Origin: Gemmatimonadota bacterium
GTDB taxonomy: Bacteria; Gemmatimonadota; Gemmatimonadetes; Gemmatimonadales; Gemmatimonadaceae
Direction: 5' to 3'
Assembly: GCA_031372565.1 (NCBI GenBank)
Contig: JANMLN010000146.1
Coordinates: forward strand, 1 to 24,752
Length of the DNA: 24,752 nt
A model generated the notes under the pieces. The model was not told the origin of the DNA, ran no database searches, and saw only the letters and a list, made by a program, of their open reading frames with translations. Made by a program: the position numbers and the translations under genes. Of this stretch, positions 18,571 through 24,752 are shown piece by piece. Position 1 is the stretch's first letter. The number at the start of each line of letters is the position of its first letter.

Positions 18571-19393
18571 CATCGCTCGTCTGAGCGAAGAGTTGGCGCG
18601 CGACCCGGCCAGTCTTGCCTTCCTGGAGCTCGCCGAAACGTTGCGCAAGCGTGGTGATCTCGAGGTCGCCGAGAAGGTGGCCGTTCGGGGGCTCGAGCGT
18701 CATCCGCATCTCGGCACCGGACACGACGTCCTCGCGCGCATCTACGCCGACACGGGGGTCTTCGAGAAGGCCTTCGACGAGTGGGGCATGGTGCTTCGGC
18801 TGAGTCCCGGCCATCCGGGTGCCCTCAAGGGGCTCGGCTTCGTCTGCTTTCATCAGGGACGCATGGCCGAAGCCGAGACGTGGCTGTCGCAGGCGGCGGA
18901 GGTCGATCCCGCCGACCAGCGGAACCTCGGCGCGCTGGCCTACGTCCGCCAGCAGCTCGCCGACTCGGAGCCAGCCGCGTCGACCGTTGCCGCTGCCGCG
19001 TCGCCATCGGGGCCGCCCGCGGCAGCGCACGATGCGCGGTCGCTCTTCCACGACATCCTGGGTGCGGAGCAGGGGATGGCGCTGCTGCTTGACGAACATG
19101 GACTCGTGCTCGCCGGGGGGCACGAGGTGGACGGGCGCGATGTGGGGCAAGAGGTCGGCGCCCAACTGGGCGGCGTCAGCGACGAGGCCGAGCGGGCCAT
19201 GCGCCACCTCGGCCTGGGTGGATGGACCTCGATCGTGTTCGAGACCTCGCAGGCGACGGTGGCGATGTCGCCCGGCCCCGAACGCTCGCTCATGCTCGTG
19301 AGCGCGGGAAAGGCGACGCCGGTCGGGTTCGTGCGCCGCATGCTCGAGCGTTCCCTGCAGCGCGCCACCACCTTCCTGGCGGGGAGCGCATGA
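18560..19393 (+). CDS. TPR plus roadblock/LC7 fusion protein
   Basis: N-terminal TPRs (HDVLARIYADTG, ALKGLGFVCFHQG), Ala/Pro linker, roadblock-like C-terminus (ALLLDEHGLVLAG...LGLGGWTSIVFET...PVGFVRRML). Confidence 0.75.
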   Translation: MSDDIARLSEELARDPASLAFLELAETLRKRGDLEVAEKVAVRGLERHPHLGTGHDVLARIYADTGVFEKAFDEWGMVLRLSPGHPGALKGLGFVCFHQGRMAEAETWLSQAAEVDPADQRNLGALAYVRQQLADSEPAASTVAAAASPSGPPAAAHDARSLFHDILGAEQGMALLLDEHGLVLAGGHEVDGRDVGQEVGAQLGGVSDEAERAMRHLGLGGWTSIVFETSQATVAMSPGPERSLMLVSAGKATPVGFVRRMLERSLQRATTFLAGSA

Positions 19394-19746
19394 AGAACTC
19401 GCCCTTCGCCGATCTGCTGGGCGCGCTCGTGCGACAGCGCGGTGTGACCGCGGCCATGGTCGTCTCGGAGGCGGACGGTCTCATCGTCGACGCCCAAGTC
19501 TCCATCGGCATGCGTGGGGAGGTCGTCGCGGCACTCTCGGCGTCGCTGTATCGGCGGGCGCGCCTCGCCGCGCAGGCCGCGGGCTATGGCGAGACGACCG
19601 TGCTCCAGCTGGAGGCGGAGCAGGGGCGCATCTGCGCGGTCGGCAAGAACGACCTGGTCCTGGTGGCCGTGACCGAACTGGGCTCGAACATCGGCCTCGT
19701 GCGCATGGAGATGCTCAAGGGACTCCAGGGTGGGGCATTGGGATGA
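19390..19746 (+). CDS. Roadblock/LC7-domain protein, MglC-like (118 aa)
   Basis: GVTAAMVVSEADGLIVD...VAALSASLY...LVLVAVTELGSNIGLVRMEM. ATGA overlaps at both ends support the ATG 19390 start. Confidence 0.85.
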   Translation: MKNSPFADLLGALVRQRGVTAAMVVSEADGLIVDAQVSIGMRGEVVAALSASLYRRARLAAQAAGYGETTVLQLEAEQGRICAVGKNDLVLVAVTELGSNIGLVRMEMLKGLQGGALG

Positions 19747-20216
19747 CCACTGTTGCCGTCACCGAAGCATGGGCCGAAGCGCCCCTCCGTCAGTTCGTGG
19801 AGGACGCACGGGTCGATCTGGCCCTGCTGCTGCATGCCAGCGGACAGGTGCTCGGGCAGGCGGGCTTCGAACGGCGCATGGACGTGATGACGGCGTGCGC
19901 CCTCGCCGCGGGCATCAACGCGACGGCAGCGGAACTCGGGCGCATGCTCGACGGGAAGCCGTTCGGCGCGCTGCACTATGCCGGGAAGTCCAAGCAGACC
20001 TTTCTCGCACTGGTCGACACCCGGCGCGGCGCATTCCTGCTGTTCTGCGTGTTCGACGAGCGCGCCTCGCTCGGGATCGTGCAGTTGTACTTCGGCGAGT
20101 TCCGCCATCGGCTCTCGGCGGCGGCGCCGGACGCAGAGGGACCCTCGACCCCGCTCAACGAGCACTTCGAGGGGGAACTCAACCGCAACCTTGCGGCCCT
20201 CTTCGGCCGAACCTGA
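19743..20216 (+). CDS. mglB: MglB-like roadblock protein (putative GAP for MglA)
   Basis: LLHASGQVLGQAG...ALAAG...LGRMLDGKPF...VFDERASLGIV resembles myxobacterial MglB (VIFDNRTSLGLV). Has a C-terminal helix ending LAALFG and lies directly upstream of mglA. Confidence 0.75.
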   Translation: MTTVAVTEAWAEAPLRQFVEDARVDLALLLHASGQVLGQAGFERRMDVMTACALAAGINATAAELGRMLDGKPFGALHYAGKSKQTFLALVDTRRGAFLLFCVFDERASLGIVQLYFGEFRHRLSAAAPDAEGPSTPLNEHFEGELNRNLAALFGRT

Positions 20217-20228
20217 CGGAGCCCCAGC

Positions 20229-20831
20229 GTGTCCATCGTCAACTATGCTACGCGCGAGATCACGTGCAAGATCGTCTACTACGGGGCTGGTCGCTCCGGA
20301 AAGACGACCAACTTGCAGTACATCTATGCGCAGGTGCCGCCCGAGCGCAAAGGCAACATGGTCTCGTTGGCCACGCAAACCGATCGGACCCTCTTCTTCG
20401 ACTTCCTCCCGCTGGATCTCGGCAACATCTCGGGCTTCACCACGCGGTTCCAGCTGTACACGGTGCCGGGGCAGGTCTACTACCAGACGACGCGCAAGCT
20501 GGTGCTGCAGGGGGCCGACGGCGTGGTCTTCGTGGCCGACAGCCAGGCGCGCCAGTTGGCCGAGAATGTCGAGAGCCTGCAGGACTTGCACCTGAATCTG
20601 GCGGAGCACGGCATGGATGCCCGGCATGTGCCGCTCGTGATCCAGTACAACAAGCGCGACCTGCCGCCCGAGATGCTCACCGGGGTCGATGAGCTGCAGG
20701 AGGCCCTCAACTTCCGCGGCGTGCCAGATTTCCAGGCCGACGCATTGCATGGTCCCGGTGTCTTCGAGACCTTGCGGGGAATCTCCGAGCTCGTGTTGAA
20801 GAAGCTCTCTGCCCATCAGGCCGCGAAGTGA
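20229..20831 (+). CDS. mglA: MglA small Ras-like GTPase
   Basis: [37 protein letters not shown] (R53, T54), YTVPGQV (Q82), [17 protein letters not shown], colinear with M. xanthus MglA numbering. GTG start with GGAG SD at 20218-20221. Confidence 0.95.
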   Translation: MSIVNYATREITCKIVYYGAGRSGKTTNLQYIYAQVPPERKGNMVSLATQTDRTLFFDFLPLDLGNISGFTTRFQLYTVPGQVYYQTTRKLVLQGADGVVFVADSQARQLAENVESLQDLHLNLAEHGMDARHVPLVIQYNKRDLPPEMLTGVDELQEALNFRGVPDFQADALHGPGVFETLRGISELVLKKLSAHQAAK

Positions 20832-22738
20832 CCACGGGTTCGCGCTACCGGTTCGACACGTACATCGTCGGCGCGGCCAATCGGCTCGCCATGGCCGCCG
20901 CGCGCGCGGTGGCGGAGGGGCCGGGCACGGTGTACAACCCGCTCTTCATCTACGGGCCGAGCGGGCTCGGGAAGACGCACCTGCTGGCCGCCGTCGGCAC
21001 GCACGCGCGACAGCTCGCGCCGGATCTGGACGTCGAGTACGTGTCCTTCGACGACTTCGTCGAACAGTTCCACGCGGCCGTCTCCGGCGGCGAGATGGAG
21101 GCCTTCCGCCGCCGTTGGGTTGCGGTCGACGTGTTGCTCGTCGATGACGTGCAGTTCCTGACCGGTCGCCGCGAGTTGCAGAGCGAGCTGTTGCGATTGT
21201 TCAACACGCTGCAGGGGACCGGCAAGCAGATCGTGCTCACGAGCGACCGCCCGCCGCAGGAGATCGCCGACGTCGACGAGCGCCTCCTCTCGCGACTGGC
21301 GGGGGGCCTGATCGTGGATATCGGCGCGCCGGATTACGAAACGCGTCTCGCGATTCTGCGCTCGGCGTGCACCGAGCGCAGCGTGCAGCTGCCGGGTGAT
21401 GTGCTCGAAACGCTCGCACGGCTCGAGTTGCCCAACGTGCGCGAGCTGCATGGCGCCCTCAATCGGGTGATGGCCGAGCAGCAATTGGAGGGGCGCGCGG
21501 TCGCGTCGCGCGAGGTGTGGGGACTCGTCGGTGGCCGTGGCGCGCCGCCGGCGCCCGCCGAGTCCGCCGAGGCCAGCGAGTACGCATCGTTCCTGTCGGA
21601 CATCGCCAGCGCGGTCGCGGCGAGCGTTGATCCGTGGAAGACGCGCCTCGCGGAGGCGATCGCCTACTGGCGGGGTGAGGGCTTTCGCACCGGTGTGCTG
21701 GAACGCGCCATGCAGTTGAGCGCCTCGCCCGATGTTCAGGGGCTGCTCGATACGTTCGCCGCGGCGGTCGACCACTTGCGGCTGCTCGAGCGGCAGGCCG
21801 GGTCCGCCGACCCGCTGCTGGCCGGGCACGAGGTCTTCCGCGATCCCGAGCGCGTGGCCGATGCCGAAGCGCTGCTCGATCGTGCGCTCGCGGGTGACAC
21901 GCCACCACCAGCGCCCGATCCGGCGATGGTGCGCGCGAGCTTCGAGGTGGCCGGCTCGAACCAGCTGGCGGTGCGTGCCGCCGATGCCGTGGTGGCCGAG
22001 CCCGGTGCACGCTACAGTCCGCTCGTGATTCACGGACCGACCGGTACCGGCAAGACGCACCTGCTGCACGCGATCGGCAATGCGCTGCTCGCGAGCGGCG
22101 CGCGTCGCGTGGCCTGCGTCAACGCGGCCACGTTCGGCGAGGAACTCATCAGTGCGCTGCAGGAAGGCACGGTGCACCGGTGGCGCGCGCGCTACCGCGC
22201 GGTGGACGCGCTCCTGCTCGATGACATCCACGCCCTCGGCGGCAAGGAACGCACGCAGGAGGAGTTCTTCCACTTGTTCAACGAGTTGCACGGGCTGGGA
22301 CGGCAGATCGTGCTCACGAGCGGCGTCGCGCCGCGCGAGCTTGGCGGACTCGAGGAGCGCCTGCGGTCGCGCTTCGAGGGCGGGCTCGTGGTCAGCATTC
22401 AGCCCCCGGAGCGCGCGCTGCGCGAGGCGTTGTTCGCGCGGTGGTTCCGGGCGCAGGAGGTCCCGGCCGACGCCGAACTGCTGCGGTATCTCGGTGAGCG
22501 GCCGGCGGCCTCGTCGCGCGAAGTGCTCGGGACCGCGCGCCGGTTGCGCGATGCGGCGGGGCACGTCGGCCTGGCGCTGACGGTGGGCTTCGCGATGGAA
22601 ACGCTCGAGCCGCCCCGTCGTACCTCGATCGCCGTGCCGCGCCCGTCGGGCGGCATCGATGCCTTCCTGCTCAACGAGGAGAAGGTCGTCTGGGATTGGC
22701 CGGACCTGACCGGACGGCTGATCGAGGAGCTGCGCTGA
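20828..22738 (+). CDS. Tandem DnaA/Hda-type AAA+ ATPase (two DnaA domain-III modules, no domain I or IV)
   Basis: Walker A GPSGLGKT (20954-20977) and GPTGTGKT (22034-22057); Walker B LLVDD and LLLDD; Arg-finger boxes RLLSR and RLRSRF; sensor II NVREL and SSREV. GTGA overlap with mglA. Confidence 0.92.
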   Translation: MTTGSRYRFDTYIVGAANRLAMAAARAVAEGPGTVYNPLFIYGPSGLGKTHLLAAVGTHARQLAPDLDVEYVSFDDFVEQFHAAVSGGEMEAFRRRWVAVDVLLVDDVQFLTGRRELQSELLRLFNTLQGTGKQIVLTSDRPPQEIADVDERLLSRLAGGLIVDIGAPDYETRLAILRSACTERSVQLPGDVLETLARLELPNVRELHGALNRVMAEQQLEGRAVASREVWGLVGGRGAPPAPAESAEASEYASFLSDIASAVAASVDPWKTRLAEAIAYWRGEGFRTGVLERAMQLSASPDVQGLLDTFAAAVDHLRLLERQAGSADPLLAGHEVFRDPERVADAEALLDRALAGDTPPPAPDPAMVRASFEVAGSNQLAVRAADAVVAEPGARYSPLVIHGPTGTGKTHLLHAIGNALLASGARRVACVNAATFGEELISALQEGTVHRWRARYRAVDALLLDDIHALGGKERTQEEFFHLFNELHGLGRQIVLTSGVAPRELGGLEERLRSRFEGGLVVSIQPPERALREALFARWFRAQEVPADAELLRYLGERPAASSREVLGTARRLRDAAGHVGLALTVGFAMETLEPPRRTSIAVPRPSGGIDAFLLNEEKVVWDWPDLTGRLIEELR

Positions 22739-22739
22739 G

Positions 22740-24362
22740 ATGGCCATCAAGGGCTCCCTCCGCGAAGCGTCGCTGCCGGACGTGCTCCAGCTGCTCACGC
22801 TGGGGAAGAAGACCGGTTGCCTGTCGGTCACGCATCGCTCGAACTTCGGCTACATCTACTTCGACAAGGGGCGCATCTCGTACGCGTCCATCGTGAACCG
22901 CCGCGACCGGCTGGGCGACCTGCTGGTGAAGGGGGGCGCGATCCAGCAGGCGCAGCTCGACCAGGCGGTGGCGCAGCAGGCGCGCGAGCGCGACAAGCGC
23001 CTCGGCGAGATTCTCGTCGACATGGGGCTGCTCTCGCGGGACCAGCTGCACGCGCACATCCGCACGCAGATCGAGGAGGCGGTCTACTTCCTCTTCACGT
23101 GGACGCAGGGGACCTTCTCGTTCGAGCCCGACGTCCTGCCCGAGCAGCAGGACTTCACGGTGCTGATCAACCCGGAGTCGCTGCTGCTCGAAGGGGCGCG
23201 GCGCGTCGACGAGTGGTCGCTCATCGAGAAGAAGCTGCCGAGTTTCGATCTGGTCTTCGACGTGGACCGCCAGAAGCTGCGCGAGAGCGCCGTGCGCCTC
23301 ACCGACGAGCAGACGAAGCTCCTCGAGCTGATCGACGGCCGCCGCGACGTGACGATGCTCATCGAGGATTCCGGCCTGATCGAGTTCGATGTCGGCAAGG
23401 CCGTGTACGGCCTCATCACCGCCGGCTTCCTGCATCGCGTCGGCAAGAGCCGCACGACGACCGATGCGGTCTCCGAGGCGCGCGTCGAGGAGCATCGCAA
23501 CCTGGGTGTCGCGTTCTACAAGACGGGCATGCTCGACGAGGCGCTGCGCGAGTTCCGTCGGGTGCTCGACCTGCGCGAGGGCGACGTCGGTGCGCGCTTC
23601 TTCGTCGCGCTCGCGCACGCGCGACGCGGCGAGTGGGAACACGTCGTCTCGATCCTGCAGGAGATTGCCGCGGTTCCGGGCGGCAACAAGGTGGCGGTCT
23701 TCCACAACCTCGCCTCGGCGCTCGAACGACTGGGACGCTCGATGGAGGCGCGGGTTGCCCTCGATGAGGCGATCCGTCGCGGCGGCGCGCAGGATCCGGT
23801 CGTCCAGACCACGGCCGGCGTGATCGCGCTGCGCGAAGGTGACGCCAGCAGTGCCGATGCGACGCTGTCGGCGGCCCGATCGCTCTGGGGGCGGAAGCCG
23901 CCGCCACCGGCCTGGTTCCACTACGCGGCCCTCGCTGCCGCCCTCGCGGGCGACCTGCCGCGCGGCATCACGCTGCTCACCGAGGGCACGGGGATCCATC
24001 CGCATGCGGCCGCGCTGCACAACAACCTCGCGGCCATCCTCGAGCGCCGGGGACAGGTCGAGGACGCCATGAAGGCCGCGGAGCGCGGGGTGGTGGAGGA
24101 TGCGTCGCTCCCGCAGCTGCACAAGAACGTCGGGGACCTGCAGTATCGTGCGGCACATTACGACGAGGCGCTCGAGAGCTTCCAGCGCGCGGTGAAGCTC
24201 GCCCCCGAGCTCGGCGCCGACGTCCACATGAAGCTGGGCAACATCCGCTTTCGGCGTCAGGAGACGGCCGAGGCGGTGCGCCACTGGGAACGCGCCCTGG
24301 AACTCGATCCGGCGAACGCGATCGTGCGCGCCAACCTCGACGCCGTGCGCCGCGGCGGATGA
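22740..24362 (+). CDS. DUF4388/PATAN-domain protein with MshEN-type tandem motif and C-terminal TPR array
   Basis: MAIKGSLREASLPDVLQLLTLGKKTGCLSV...GYIYFDKGRISYA, two RLGxxLVxxG motifs, WTQGTFSF, ESLLLEGARRVDEW; TPRs such as HRNLGVAFYKTG, LHNNLAAIL, VHMKLGNIRF. Confidence 0.87.
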   Translation: MAIKGSLREASLPDVLQLLTLGKKTGCLSVTHRSNFGYIYFDKGRISYASIVNRRDRLGDLLVKGGAIQQAQLDQAVAQQARERDKRLGEILVDMGLLSRDQLHAHIRTQIEEAVYFLFTWTQGTFSFEPDVLPEQQDFTVLINPESLLLEGARRVDEWSLIEKKLPSFDLVFDVDRQKLRESAVRLTDEQTKLLELIDGRRDVTMLIEDSGLIEFDVGKAVYGLITAGFLHRVGKSRTTTDAVSEARVEEHRNLGVAFYKTGMLDEALREFRRVLDLREGDVGARFFVALAHARRGEWEHVVSILQEIAAVPGGNKVAVFHNLASALERLGRSMEARVALDEAIRRGGAQDPVVQTTAGVIALREGDASSADATLSAARSLWGRKPPPPAWFHYAALAAALAGDLPRGITLLTEGTGIHPHAAALHNNLAAILERRGQVEDAMKAAERGVVEDASLPQLHKNVGDLQYRAAHYDEALESFQRAVKLAPELGADVHMKLGNIRFRRQETAEAVRHWERALELDPANAIVRANLDAVRRGG

Positions 24363-24752
24363 CGATGAAGACCCCCGTGCGTCCGGATGCCGGCTTCGAG
24401 GCGCTCACGGGCAAGATCGCCCGCGAGAAGGGGTTTGCCTGCGCGTCGTACAAGCCGAGCTGCCTCATGCGCCGCGTGGCCGTGCGGATGCGCGCGCGCG
24501 CCGTGCACGACTACGCGGCGTATGCCCGGCTCCTCGACGCCGATCCGGTCGAGTACGAGCGACTGCTCGACGCGCTCACCATCAATGTCACGACGCTGCG
24601 GCGCAACGCGGACGCGTGGACGGCGCTCGAACGCGAGGCGCTGCCCCGGTTGCTCGATCACGTCCGCGGACCGGTGCGCGCGTGGAGCGCCGGCTGCTCG
24701 AGCGGCGAGGAGCCGTACACCGTGGCCATGGCGTTCGCGCGCGTGGCGGCCG
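24359..24752 (+). CDS. cheR: CheR protein-glutamate methyltransferase, 5' part (truncated by the window)
   Basis: Not in the ORF track; translated by hand from ATG 24359 (ATGA overlap): ...YKPSCLMRRVAVRMR...EYERLLDALTINVT...VRAWSAGCSSGEEPYTVAM. Confidence 0.92.
   Translation, partial: MTMKTPVRPDAGFEALTGKIAREKGFACASYKPSCLMRRVAVRMRARAVHDYAAYARLLDADPVEYERLLDALTINVTTLRRNADAWTALEREALPRLLDHVRGPVRAWSAGCSSGEEPYTVAMAFARVAA

Noticed and set aside
20828..22738. Canonical dnaA or hda, with a nearby oriC
   Set aside because: No domain I or IV, no clamp-binding motif, no dnaN/recF/gyrB, and no intergenic DnaA-box cluster or AT-rich unwinding region seen.

Overview
This is a high-GC (about 70% by eye), gene-dense bacterial window. 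The gene content suggests Gemmatimonadota or a similar diderm, which is an inference only. The left end holds a NarL-family response regulator (minus strand, truncated by the window) divergent from a PAS histidine kinase that is interrupted by one in-frame TAG, followed by a YqjM/NamA-type flavin oxidoreductase and a REP-like tandem repeat. From 3220 every gene is on the + strand and most are tightly coupled. A housekeeping block comes first: yggS, divIVA, a trimeric-family purine nucleoside phosphorylase, a type-2 ileS with a GIHH motif, a TraR/DksA-family gene, two tandem lspA and rluD. A signalling operon of at least 13.6 kb follows, apparently with its own promoter inside the rluD 3' end: cheW-cheY-cheA-cheC (the order of Myxococcus difC-D-E-G), a 914-aa TPR protein, a DUF4388/PATAN-TPR protein, three roadblock-domain genes (a TPR-roadblock fusion, an MglC-like gene and mglB), mglA, a protein made of two DnaA-type AAA+ modules without a DnaA-box-binding domain, a second DUF4388/PATAN-TPR protein with a near-consensus MshEN c-di-GMP motif, and cheR (truncated). 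The best candidate for an undescribed system is this combined chemosensory, Mgl GTPase, c-di-GMP and tandem DnaA-like ATPase operon. All family assignments and residue comparisons come from motif recognition and by-eye alignment to remembered reference sequences; no database searches were run.
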